Below, piece by piece: positions 28,735 to 38,011 of a stretch of DNA of 45,377 bases. The position numbers and the translations under genes are program-made. The stretch covers positions 1 to 45,377 of the forward strand of contig JBDRVN010000007.1 of assembly GCA_039801885.1 (NCBI GenBank). The letters run 5' to 3'. Source of the DNA: a candidate division WOR-3 bacterium (lineage in GTDB: Bacteria; Hydrothermota; Tepidihabitantia; Tepidihabitantales; DTDR01). Within the stretch, counting starts at the first letter, position 1, and the number at the start of each line of letters is the position of its first letter. The notes under the pieces were generated by a model, which searched no databases, was not told where the DNA came from, and saw only the letters and a program-made list of their open reading frames with translations.

Positions 28735-29638
28735 ATTTCTCATTATTTTATTATTAATCAATTTTATCTTTGCCCATATTTTTGAATTCCAACAAGCCTT
28801 TATTTATGACGATAATATCTTCAAATTTTCTCAAAAAGATTTTGAGTTATTTAATAAAGGTAAAAAAGATAAAGATTATAAAACTGCTGACGATTTAATA
28901 ACCTCTTTCAGTTTAAAACTAAATTTCTATCTAAAAAATCTTTTGCTCGTTTTCCAAACTGAATACAAAGGTTTCTTACAAAATCGGAAGAAAAGCTATC
29001 CAGAATATCAAATATCAACAAAATTTTCTAAATTAAATCTTGGTTATACCTTTTTACCCAATTATTATCTTCGTAATTTTTATCAAAAACCTTGCGTTTA
29101 TAACGAACATTCTATCTTTTTAAGAGTTAATTTAGAAGATTTCAATATTGGAATAAAAAACGAAATTGATTTATACAATGAAGATTTTAAATATTACAAT
29201 TCTAACTCTTTTTCTACCGCTTTCGGATACAAGAAAGATATGAAATTATTTTATCAAATAACCGATAATCTAATTTTAACAAAAAATTGGTTAATCAATA
29301 AATTGAAAGAAAATGAACCAGATATTTCCTATTTTCAAATAGGCAATGAATTAAAACTAAGAAGACGGGGAGAAATTTTTGATCTTATATTAACTTTGGA
29401 ATTAAAAAAAAGGAATTATTTAACCAAAATTGACTTAACCCATAAAAATCGGGTTGATTATCTTTATCTTATCTCTTTTCAAATACCGATAAAATTTAAA
29501 AGAGATTTATCAATTATTTTCGGATATAGTTTTGAAAAAAGAATCTGCCAAATTCCCTACCAAGAAGAATTTGAAGATATAAAAAATTACCAAAAAAATA
29601 TTTTCTCTTTAAAATTGATGAAGGGAGGTAAATTATGA
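28715..29638 (+). CDS. Probable outer-membrane beta-barrel protein
   Basis: Signal peptide, N-terminal YDDNIF motif, amphipathic strands, C-terminal Y..NIFSLKL. Confidence 0.6.
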   Translation: MKKGNFKFLIILLLINFIFAHIFEFQQAFIYDDNIFKFSQKDFELFNKGKKDKDYKTADDLITSFSLKLNFYLKNLLLVFQTEYKGFLQNRKKSYPEYQISTKFSKLNLGYTFLPNYYLRNFYQKPCVYNEHSIFLRVNLEDFNIGIKNEIDLYNEDFKYYNSNSFSTAFGYKKDMKLFYQITDNLILTKNWLINKLKENEPDISYFQIGNELKLRRRGEIFDLILTLELKKRNYLTKIDLTHKNRVDYLYLISFQIPIKFKRDLSIIFGYSFEKRICQIPYQEEFEDIKNYQKNIFSLKLMKGGKL

Positions 29639-30846
29639 AAAGAATTTATTTTCTTTTTCTTATTCTTCTTTTCTGTCATTATCCTTTAAGAGAAAAAGAA
29701 GCACCAGAAATTTTTAAACCTTCTTTTGATGAAATTTTCTCTCCTTTTTCCCAAATTATTTTTGGATGGGAAAAGATTGTTAACGCTATCAATTACCATT
29801 TTGTTTTGGACGACACTAATACCTTTAAGACCCCAATCATTGATACAATAATCTCAGAAAATACTCTGACATTAAAGGGTTTAAAAGAAGGAAATTATTA
29901 TTTTAAAGTTAGATATTTAGATAAAGATTCAATCTATTCTCAGTGGAGCGAAACAAGAAGATTTAAAATTAGATTTTTAAATTTCTTTAAATCTTTTAAG
30001 ACCGAAGGTTATCCTACCGATATTCTTTTTTATAATAACTATCTTTATGTTGCCGGAAGCCAAGTTGGTTTAGAGATTTTTAATGAAAATGGTAAAATTA
30101 AATCTTTTTCTGATAGTAGAAATATTCTTTATGCTCTTGCTCCAGATAGTGTTCGAAATTTCCTCTATTTAGCTTACGGTGAAAAAGAAATAAGTGTTTT
30201 AAATCTCAATCTTTTACCTGATACAATTTATGAAATAAATTCTTTATCCTGGCCTATTGCTTATGCCTATGATTTGAGTATTTTAAATGATACTATTGTC
30301 GTCGTAGCCGCGGATAAACAATTTTTAGTAATAAATGTAAAAGATACCTCTTTTTTATATTTAGTTAACCAAATTTATTTTCCTTCTTCTTTAAGGGGAT
30401 GCGCTACTTTTAATAATCTTATCTTTCTTGCTTGTGAACAAGAAGGAGTGTATATTTATCAATTGGCAGACACCGTTGCTTTTCTATCGAAAATTGATAC
30501 ACCAAATAATGCCCGCGATTTAGTTAGTAATGATTCTCTATTATTTGTGGCTGATGGTCGAGGAATAAGTATTATTGATATAAAAGACCCTTCAAGACCG
30601 ATTTTCAAAAAAGAGATAGAAATAAGTGGTTATTGTAAAAAATTATTTTTAAAAGATTCATTATTATTTACTGCCTGTGGTTCCGGTGGTTTAAAAGTTT
30701 ATAAAATTATTAGCGAGCCTGATTATTTAAAAATATTATCGGAAATTAAATTTAGTGATTGTCGGACAGTATTTGTTGATAAAAATTATCAAATTTATGT
30801 CGGCACAAGAGACGAAGGGATATTAATCTATCAAATAAATTTTTAA
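29635..30846 (+). CDS. Lipoprotein with FN3-like domain and LVIVD-repeat beta-propeller
   Basis: Lipobox-like LLFC; GNYYFKVR...SQWSE; repeats YLYVAG...GLEIF, LLFVADG.GISIIDIKDPSRP, LLFTACG.GGLKVY. Confidence 0.8.
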   Translation: MKRIYFLFLILLFCHYPLREKEAPEIFKPSFDEIFSPFSQIIFGWEKIVNAINYHFVLDDTNTFKTPIIDTIISENTLTLKGLKEGNYYFKVRYLDKDSIYSQWSETRRFKIRFLNFFKSFKTEGYPTDILFYNNYLYVAGSQVGLEIFNENGKIKSFSDSRNILYALAPDSVRNFLYLAYGEKEISVLNLNLLPDTIYEINSLSWPIAYAYDLSILNDTIVVVAADKQFLVINVKDTSFLYLVNQIYFPSSLRGCATFNNLIFLACEQEGVYIYQLADTVAFLSKIDTPNNARDLVSNDSLLFVADGRGISIIDIKDPSRPIFKKEIEISGYCKKLFLKDSLLFTACGSGGLKVYKIISEPDYLKILSEIKFSDCRTVFVDKNYQIYVGTRDEGILIYQINF

Positions 30847-30847
30847 A

Positions 30848-31981
30848 TTAGGGCTCAAAAAGGGCACCGATAAAAAATATCAAATTGCTTTCTTTTTCAG
30901 TAATTAAAAATAAGAAAGGTCTATTACATATCATTTTAAATCTCTCTCTTACTGCCGTTAAGGCAACCTCTACCGAAGTTGCTGCTGCTGCCTCAGTTCC
31001 TTCTTCTGATACATCTAAATAACTTTTATGTTTCACCTCAGAAATAAAAAGATTGTAAGGCTTTACCTCAGCCATTTTAGAAAAATCGGCTTCGTAAGGA
31101 TTGAAAGCAATGCTTAAATTTAGTTCCTTTAAAACCTCGTTTAAACTTTTCTCATACTCAATCTTAAATTTTGGTAAAATTATCTCACCCTCTTTTTTAG
31201 AAAGAGAATTTAAATAATTTTTTAAATCACCATAATTTAATTCATTAATAAATTGAATAATAGAATATTCTTCTTTTGGCAAAAAGATATAAAAACCAAA
31301 TTTTTTTGAAATATAAGGAAGATAAATTGCTTGTAATATATCATTTTCATAATATAAAAAATCACTATCCCTTCTCATAAATAAAACCTTCTTTTTTCTT
31401 CCGTCAATTAAATTAAAATCACCTTCAAAATTATTTTTCCTATCAAATTTTTCTTCCCATAATCCTTTAAAATAAATGGCATTTATTAAATATAATACCG
31501 CCATCGGATTTATCAAATCAATTATTTTCTCTATCTTTCCTTTAGTCTTTTCTTTAACCCAATTATTAATTATTTTTATGGTTTTTGGATTATTAAAATC
31601 TACACTTCTTATTTCCGCATAATAATAATCTTTATTTGCCTTAAAAAAATTCTCTTTAAATTTAATCTCTTTTCTACCGAATAAACCATTGGCAATTTTC
31701 AATTCAATACCTTTTTCTTTTTTTAGATTTCTTAATAATTTCTGATTAATTTTATTAATACTATCTAATTTTAAATCTTCTAAAAATAGAGATTTCTTAA
31801 AGGCTTCGGCTGTTTTACCATCAGCACCATTATAGGTCATTAACAAGGCTTCAAAAATACTAAAAGGAGAAATAAAAGTATTCGCTTTTTTTTCTTTTAT
31901 TAAAGATTGAAAGACCTTTAAACCAAATTGATTATTAGCGTCAAAAAAATTTAAAAAAAAAGTCAAAATTATTAAGATCAT
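30848..31981 (-). CDS. Serpin family serine protease inhibitor
   Basis: NNQFGL, NTFISPFSI, INNWVKEKTKGKI, NAIYFKGLW, EEGTEAAAAT hinge, NRPFLFLI. Confidence 0.95.
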   Translation of the reverse strand: MILIILTFFLNFFDANNQFGLKVFQSLIKEKKANTFISPFSIFEALLMTYNGADGKTAEAFKKSLFLEDLKLDSINKINQKLLRNLKKEKGIELKIANGLFGRKEIKFKENFFKANKDYYYAEIRSVDFNNPKTIKIINNWVKEKTKGKIEKIIDLINPMAVLYLINAIYFKGLWEEKFDRKNNFEGDFNLIDGRKKKVLFMRRDSDFLYYENDILQAIYLPYISKKFGFYIFLPKEEYSIIQFINELNYGDLKNYLNSLSKKEGEIILPKFKIEYEKSLNEVLKELNLSIAFNPYEADFSKMAEVKPYNLFISEVKHKSYLDVSEEGTEAAAATSVEVALTAVRERFKMICNRPFLFLITEKESNLIFFIGALFEP

Positions 31982-31995
31982 TTGAATTTGAATTA

Positions 31996-32022
31996 AGGGG
32001 GCGAGTCGAAACCCGCCTCCCT
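31996..32022 (-). terminator. GC-rich hairpin with UUCG loop (terminator or mRNA stabiliser)
   Basis: Minus strand AGGGAGGCGGGT-TTCG-ACTCGCCCCCT, about 17 nt after the lipoprotein stop; U-tract is weak. Confidence 0.6.
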
Positions 32023-32038
32023 ATTTCTTATTAATTAA

Positions 32039-32377
32039 TTATTTAGGATTTCCTTCTATCTCAACGGTTCTGGTCGTAATCGTAAATACGCTTAAGAAAG
32101 AAGAAATTAAGTAATCAACTACATCGTATTTGGTTTTAACTCTTATAGATCCAAGATTATTTTCTTTAATAATCGGGGCTGTTGAATTATTGGTAAGTGG
32201 AACTAAGCCGTAAACAGCGTACCACACTTTTTTAGTTACTTTAAAAGAAGCGGGATCCGAATCCGAAAGAAGTGTGATTTTCTCTCCGGGTGGTGCACTT
32301 ACAATTACGGTAGCACAACCGAAAAAGGTAGAAACTAAAAATAAACCAATTAAAGAAAGAAGTAATGTCTTTTTCAT
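32039..32377 (-). CDS. Bor/Iss-like small lipoprotein
   Basis: Lipobox FFGC, WYAVYGLVP, terminal TRTVEIEG; AGGAGG SD and TTGACA-N16-TATACT promoter. Confidence 0.7.
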   Translation of the reverse strand: MKKTLLLSLIGLFLVSTFFGCATVIVSAPPGEKITLLSDSDPASFKVTKKVWYAVYGLVPLTNNSTAPIIKENNLGSIRVKTKYDVVDYLISSFLSVFTITTRTVEIEGNPK

Positions 32378-32463
32378 ACTTCCTCCTTTTTAGTCATAAC
32401 TTTTGAGTATAACAAATTTATTCTAAATGTCAATAAGAAAGAATAGACATTAAGAGATGTTAG

Positions 32464-32890
32464 ATAAATAAAAAAAGTGGTAACCTTTTGGGCTATTTTT
32501 CCGTATTATATATATGGGGAGAATAGATAAAAAGGAAGAGATTATGATTATTTATAGTAATAAATCCAAATATGGTATGAATAACTTAAAGATAATGGGT
32601 TTAGATTATTGGGAATTAAAATATCGGTATTATAGGATAAAAAAAGAATTAGATTTTGGAATTTTAGTTAAGAAGGGGTTGTTGAAAAATAAACCTAAAC
32701 TGGAGGTGCTTAAAGTCTTTGATTTTCTTTATTTAATAACTAAATAAATATCCCTTTTATATACTTTCTAAAACCTACATTAATAAAACAGGAGGGCTTT
32801 ATTTTCTTTTGAGAAGGGAGCAGTATAGGAGATAGTATAGTATCCAATATTTAAAAGTATAATAATTAAAGATCAATATTGAAAAATCAT
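32464..32890 (+). repeat. Dispersed ~420 bp repeat, copy B
   Basis: Aligns to the reverse complement of 1388-1802; carries GGTAAC-N17-CGTATT at 32479-32507. Confidence 0.9.
32514..32747 (+). CDS. Small hypothetical protein inside repeat copy B
   Basis: Paralog of 1543-1752 with a net in-frame 8-codon insertion. Confidence 0.45.
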   Translation: MGRIDKKEEIMIIYSNKSKYGMNNLKIMGLDYWELKYRYYRIKKELDFGILVKKGLLKNKPKLEVLKVFDFLYLITK

Positions 32891-32911
32891 AAAGTTTTTG
32901 GTTTTGATATT

Positions 32912-33511
32912 TCAGAATAAAACAAAAAGCATTTTAATACCAAAGTAAATTATTATAATCCCTAAAATAAAAAGAAGATAACGATAAATTTTCTTTTTGG
33001 CAAAAGAAGATAAAGTAGCAATAAAAATAAGCCAAAAATAATCTAAGGAAACATGAAAGATATATAAAATAGAAAGACCAATAAAACCGCTCTTTTTTAT
33101 CGCTTCGTAAATTAAAGGCATACCTATTCCCAACCACCAGATAAGAAAGTAAGGATTAAAAAGGGATAAACCAATACCTGTTAATAACGGAAAGGAAAGT
33201 TTTTCTTTAACATAAGCAGATGGGTTGTAACTTAATGCATCTTTAATAGTTAAAATTCCAAAAAGAAAAAGAAAGAGACTACCAAAAATTCCTAAATAGA
33301 AATAAAGCTTTTCTGATTTCAGAAAATTCATTAACCCCAAACCAATCAATAAAACTATCGGAAATTCAACAAAAGTATGGCCGAGGCTTATTTCTAAACC
33401 GGCTTTCCATCCTCTTTTTACTCCCCAGGAGGCGGTAGCAGCAGTTAAAGGTCCTGGTGCTAAAGCACCAGAAATACTAATAATCATTACTTTTAAAATT
33501 AATTCAACCAA
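32912..33511 (-). CDS. LysE/RhtB family translocator
   Basis: SGALAPGP, G..AG....GH...E, SLFNPYFLIWW; multiple TM helices. Confidence 0.9.
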   Translation of the reverse strand: MVELILKVMIISISGALAPGPLTAATASWGVKRGWKAGLEISLGHTFVEFPIVLLIGLGLMNFLKSEKLYFYLGIFGSLFLFLFGILTIKDALSYNPSAYVKEKLSFPLLTGIGLSLFNPYFLIWWLGIGMPLIYEAIKKSGFIGLSILYIFHVSLDYFWLIFIATLSSFAKKKIYRYLLFILGIIIIYFGIKMLFVLF

Positions 33512-33516
33512 ATTTT

Positions 33517-33557
33517 ATTCTAATTAAAATTGACTTTATTATCAATTTATTTAAAAT
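33517..33557. promoter_or_regulatory. Overlapping divergent sigma70-type promoters (LysE and MoxR genes)
   Basis: Plus: TTGACT(33530)-N16-TAAAAT, 5 nt before ATG 33563. Minus: TTGATA(33545)-N17-TAGAAT, 5 nt before TTG 33511. Confidence 0.6.
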
Positions 33558-33562
33558 TTATT

Positions 33563-34540
33563 ATGGAAAGCGAAGAAATAATTTTAAAATTAAGAGAGGC
33601 AAAAAAGGCGATAGAGAATGAGTTAAAAAAAGTTATTGTTGGTCAAGAAGAGGTAATAGAAAAAATTTTAATTACTTTAATCGCTAATGGTCATGCTTTA
33701 ATTATCGGTGTTCCAGGCTTAGCAAAAACTTTAATTGTAAATACTTTAGCTCAGGTTTTAAATCTTTCTTTTAAAAGAATCCAATTTACTCCCGATTTAA
33801 TGCCTTCTGATATAACGGGAACAGAGATAATTGAAGAAGAGAAGGCAACAGGTAAAAGGGAATTTCGCTTTGTTAAAGGTCCAATATTTGCTAATATCAT
33901 TCTTGCTGACGAAATAAACCGAACGCCACCAAAAACCCAAGCTGCTTTATTACAAGCAATGCAAGAATATAAAGTAACTGTTGGCAATGAAACCTATCCT
34001 TTACCACAACCCTTTTTAGTCTTAGCAACTCAAAACCCAATTGAAATGGAAGGAACCTATCCTTTACCAGAAGCCCAATTAGATAGATTTATGTTTTCCA
34101 TAAATATCACTTACCCATCGAAAGAAGAAGAAAAAGAAATTGTAAAAACAACAACTTCTGCTTATACTCCTTGGATCACGCCAATACTTTCGGCAAAAGA
34201 GATATTAGAATTACAATCCCTTTTAAGAAAAGTACCAGTTGCCGAAGAAGTTTTAGATTACGCCATTACCTTAGTAAGAGCCACAAGACCTCAAGAAAAT
34301 AGTTATAAAATTATTAAAGATTATGTGAGTTGGGGAGCTTCGGTTCGGGCATCCCAATATCTTGTTTTGGGAGCAAAAGGAAAGGCTATTTTGGATGGTC
34401 GACCAACACCAACCATTGAGGATATTAAAGAAATGGCTCCCTTAGCATTAAGACACCGAATTGTTTTAAACTTTGCTGCTGAAGCTGACGGTATCACTGT
34501 CGATTATCTTATTGAAAAACTATTAAAAGAAATAAAATGA
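33563..34540 (+). CDS. MoxR family AAA+ ATPase; start revised to ATG 33563
   Basis: IVGQ, GVPGLAKT, RIQFTPDLMPSDITG, LADEINRTPPKTQAALL, ATQNPIEMEGTYPLPEAQLDRF. Confidence 0.95.
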   Translation: MESEEIILKLREAKKAIENELKKVIVGQEEVIEKILITLIANGHALIIGVPGLAKTLIVNTLAQVLNLSFKRIQFTPDLMPSDITGTEIIEEEKATGKREFRFVKGPIFANIILADEINRTPPKTQAALLQAMQEYKVTVGNETYPLPQPFLVLATQNPIEMEGTYPLPEAQLDRFMFSINITYPSKEEEKEIVKTTTSAYTPWITPILSAKEILELQSLLRKVPVAEEVLDYAITLVRATRPQENSYKIIKDYVSWGASVRASQYLVLGAKGKAILDGRPTPTIEDIKEMAPLALRHRIVLNFAAEADGITVDYLIEKLLKEIK

Positions 34541-35037
34541 AAAAAATTAACAAAAGGTTTGTTTTTATTGTTGGTAATTTAAAAGAAGGTGATAATAAAA
34601 TTGAAATGGAATTTTCACCGGAGGATGTTTTGTCTTATTACGAAAATAAAAAAGTTAATATAAAGGATACCAAAAATAAAAAAATGCTAATTTATCTCGC
34701 CTGTTTTTTAGGCTTTGGTAAAACAATCAAATTAAATCTTAATCTCTTTAAAAGTGGCGATAAAGTAATTGCTCAAGGTAATATGCTTTACGCAGTTAGT
34801 TTAATTTGTGCTTTATGTGGTAAAGAATTTAATTTAAACCTTAATGAAAAAGTTTATTGCATTTATTTAAAAGAATTCAAAAAAGAATATCTGCCTTCCG
34901 AAAAAGAAATAAATAAAGAAGAAGCCTCCCAAGAATATTATACTTCCCAAATAAATATTTTACCATTAATTTATGATACTTTAATTTTATCAATTCCTAT
35001 TGCTCCTCATTGCCCAGAATGTCAAAAAAATCTTTAG
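34537..35037 (+). CDS. DUF177/YceD family protein
   Basis: CALC, INILPLIYDTLILSIPIAPHCPEC. Confidence 0.8.
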   Translation: MKKINKRFVFIVGNLKEGDNKIEMEFSPEDVLSYYENKKVNIKDTKNKKMLIYLACFLGFGKTIKLNLNLFKSGDKVIAQGNMLYAVSLICALCGKEFNLNLNEKVYCIYLKEFKKEYLPSEKEINKEEASQEYYTSQINILPLIYDTLILSIPIAPHCPECQKNL

Positions 35038-35696
35038 ATATTCTCAAAAAAAAATTGCCACCACTTCTTCTTTCTTAATATTTTCTCCATTATAAAACTA
35101 CCTTCTTGGATAAAAGGACGAAATTCCGAAGCATAATAAAGTCTTCTTTGGGAAGCATCGTGAGAATACCATCTTCTTCCTTGCCGCAATATTCGATGTA
35201 AAGTGGCATCAATCATACCAGTCTGGGTTTTAAAACCATAGTCTAATAAAGTAACCAACATTGCCACATGTCGGGGATAGGCGACAACCGAATAAGCAGT
35301 ATTCGCTTTCGCTAATTCTATTCCCAATTCACACCATAAACGAGAATATCCATGCCCACGGAATTTTGGTCGAATATAAGCCCGGGTAATTTCCCAACGC
35401 TGCTCTTCCTTTTCCTTCAATCCTTCTTTCCAATCTGGGTCTAAACGCACATAACCAATCGGCTCATTTGGATAACTTAGCCAGATTTCTAATAATTTTT
35501 CATTAGTAATGATATCAAGATATTGATAAAGACCAATAACAAATTCATCGATCTGAAATTTCTGAGGAGTTTCCATTGTGATTTTTGCTTGCGGCAAATC
35601 ATTAATGAAATCTTTAACCATTTGTAAATTTTTGGTAGGCACCATTAATAGAACTTTCCTTATTATTTCATCCATTATTTCTCTTCTCATTTCCAA
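35034..35696 (-). CDS. GNAT-family acetyltransferase-like protein
   Basis: PIGYVRL, EITRAYIRPKFRGHGYS acetyl-CoA binding motif, YGFK. Confidence 0.75.
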   Translation of the reverse strand: MEMRREIMDEIIRKVLLMVPTKNLQMVKDFINDLPQAKITMETPQKFQIDEFVIGLYQYLDIITNEKLLEIWLSYPNEPIGYVRLDPDWKEGLKEKEEQRWEITRAYIRPKFRGHGYSRLWCELGIELAKANTAYSVVAYPRHVAMLVTLLDYGFKTQTGMIDATLHRILRQGRRWYSHDASQRRLYYASEFRPFIQEGSFIMEKILRKKKWWQFFFENI

Positions 35697-38011
35697 TTCT
35701 CCCGCAAAGAGTTCAAAATTTTATTTAACTCCTCTTCAGTTTCCACTAACACCCTTCTTGACTTTGAACCAACAAAAGGACCAACAATTCCTGCTTGTTC
35801 TAACTGGTCAATAATCCTTCCGGCTCTTGCCCAACCAATATCCAATTTTCTTTGTAACATTGATACCGAAGCCTCCCGAGCAACAAAAACAATTTTCGCT
35901 GCCTCAAAGAAAAACTCATCTAATTCTCGCAATTTCCCTTCCATTTTTTTCTCCTTCTTCTTTTCAATCATTTCTTCTTCCGATAATGGTTGATGATAAG
36001 GAATTGCTAATAAATTTTCTAATACTTCCTCACCAACAATTTTGGAAATTTTTTTCCTTTCCTCTTCAATGCTTGCCTTTTCTTTATTTATCAAAATATC
36101 TAAAGCCTCCTTTTTAAAAATCTCCTCCGCCTTTTCTTCCGGGTTATCAAAGAAGGGCGATAATAATTCTTCTAAATATTTTTTTGTCCATAAATTAACT
36201 ATTCTTTTGGTTTCTTCTACCGAAATGAAGGCGCCGTGTAATCTTATTGGGTCTCCTTTTCCTGGTGGTAAAAAGAGCATATCCCCTTTGCCCAATAAAC
36301 TTTCCGCACCATTCATATCTAAAATTGTTCGTGAATCAGTCTTAGAGGCAACTTGAAAAGCGATCCGACAAGGAAAGTTGGCTTTTATCAATCCGGTAAT
36401 CACATCCACGGAAGGCCTTTGGGTCGCCAAAATTAAATGAATTCCTACTGCCCTTGACATTTGTGCTAACCGGGTGATCTTCTGCTCAATCTCTACCGGT
36501 GCCCTGAGCATCAAATCTGCCAATTCATCAATAATCACAACAATATAAGGTTTTTTGGGTAAAGAAAGTTCCTTAGCCTTTTGATTAAAACCTTCAATAT
36601 CGCGGACTCCTAAACGGGCAAACTCACCATATCTTTCTTCCATAATTAAAATTATTCGGTCCAATTGTTCAATTGCCATTTTCGGGTCAATAGTAGTAGG
36701 TGAAAGAAGATGGGGAATTGGGTCATAAATTGGCAGTTCTAACTGCTTTGGGTCAATTGTCAAAAATCGGACATCGTGATAGTCAGAATGAAAAATAATA
36801 GAAGAAATAATACTATTGATACAAACGCTTTTTCCTGAGCCGGTAGTTCCGGCAATCAAAATATGAGGCATTTCTCTTAAATCAGCAAAATAAGGTTCGC
36901 CAGTGATAGTCTCACCTAAGGCAAAAGTTAAAGCACCGGAAGAACTTTGAAATGCTTGGGAAGCTAATACTTCTTTTAAATAAACTATTCTTCTTTTTTT
37001 ATTAGGAATTTCTATTCCTACTGCAGATTTTCCGGGAATCGGAGCAAGAATTCTAATTCTTTCCGCTTTTAAAGAAAGTGCTAAATCATCAGCCAAACTT
37101 TCAATTTTTTGAATTTTTATTCCCGGAGCTGGTTGAAATTCAAAACGAGTAATTACTGGTCCCGTAACATAAGAAACAATATTTCCCGTAATATCAAACT
37201 CTTTTAATTTATTCAGCAAAGTTTCTGCTTCTTCTTTTAATTCTTTTTCGTCTTTTCCCTGTTCTTCTTTTGGCGATGTTAAAAGTGATAAAAACTCTCT
37301 TTGAAATTCATCTCTTATAAGTATTTTTTCCCGCTTCTTTCTTTCTAAAATTTTATCTTCTTCCTTTATCTCTCCAATTATAATTTTCTCTGCCTCTTTA
37401 ACCTTGGGCACCTCTTCTATCTTTATTTTTGAACTTTCGCTTTTTATAATAGTAAACTTTTTAAAATTTTTAATAATCCACCTAATTAACTTATTAAATT
37501 GGAAAAGAAAAAATTTTAAAAAAGATATGAATTTTTCGCCAGTTAACACAATTATTAGAATTAAAAAAATCCCAATAATTAAAATATAACTACCTACTAT
37601 TCCAAAAAAACTTACCAAAAGATTACTGAGCTCCCAATTTATTCCGGAAAGATAATAATCAATTCTCCCTAAGGTTAAAGTAAAATATTGAAGAATAATC
37701 AAACTAAAAGAAAGAGTAAATATTGTAATCTTTATTAGTTTATTTTTATATTCCCTTTTTTTAAAAGAAATTGCAAAACCAGTAAGAAAAAGCACAAAAA
37801 TTATTGGAAAAGAAAGTAAACCAAAGGCTTTTAAAAAAAATTCAGAAAGATAATAACCAATAACTCCGCAAAAATTTTTTTCTTTTATATCGCCATTAAA
37901 AAAATAAAAAGAAATAACGCTTAAAAACAAATAAATACTAAAAATAAATAAAAGAACAGTTAGCAGATAGGGTTTCTTTTCTTTCTTTATTTTCCGATTA
38001 TTATTTTTCAT
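35687..38011 (-). CDS. ftsK: DNA translocase FtsK; start revised to ATG 38011
   Basis: N-terminal TM domain, GPVIT, PIPGKSAVGIEIPN, PHILIAGTTGSGKS, IDELADLM, ATQRPSVDV, gamma domain SMLQRKL.IG..RAGRIID. Confidence 0.96.
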   Translation of the reverse strand: MKNNNRKIKKEKKPYLLTVLLFIFSIYLFLSVISFYFFNGDIKEKNFCGVIGYYLSEFFLKAFGLLSFPIIFVLFLTGFAISFKKREYKNKLIKITIFTLSFSLIILQYFTLTLGRIDYYLSGINWELSNLLVSFFGIVGSYILIIGIFLILIIVLTGEKFISFLKFFLFQFNKLIRWIIKNFKKFTIIKSESSKIKIEEVPKVKEAEKIIIGEIKEEDKILERKKREKILIRDEFQREFLSLLTSPKEEQGKDEKELKEEAETLLNKLKEFDITGNIVSYVTGPVITRFEFQPAPGIKIQKIESLADDLALSLKAERIRILAPIPGKSAVGIEIPNKKRRIVYLKEVLASQAFQSSSGALTFALGETITGEPYFADLREMPHILIAGTTGSGKSVCINSIISSIIFHSDYHDVRFLTIDPKQLELPIYDPIPHLLSPTTIDPKMAIEQLDRIILIMEERYGEFARLGVRDIEGFNQKAKELSLPKKPYIVVIIDELADLMLRAPVEIEQKITRLAQMSRAVGIHLILATQRPSVDVITGLIKANFPCRIAFQVASKTDSRTILDMNGAESLLGKGDMLFLPPGKGDPIRLHGAFISVEETKRIVNLWTKKYLEELLSPFFDNPEEKAEEIFKKEALDILINKEKASIEEERKKISKIVGEEVLENLLAIPYHQPLSEEEMIEKKKEKKMEGKLRELDEFFFEAAKIVFVAREASVSMLQRKLDIGWARAGRIIDQLEQAGIVGPFVGSKSRRVLVETEEELNKILNSLRENWK

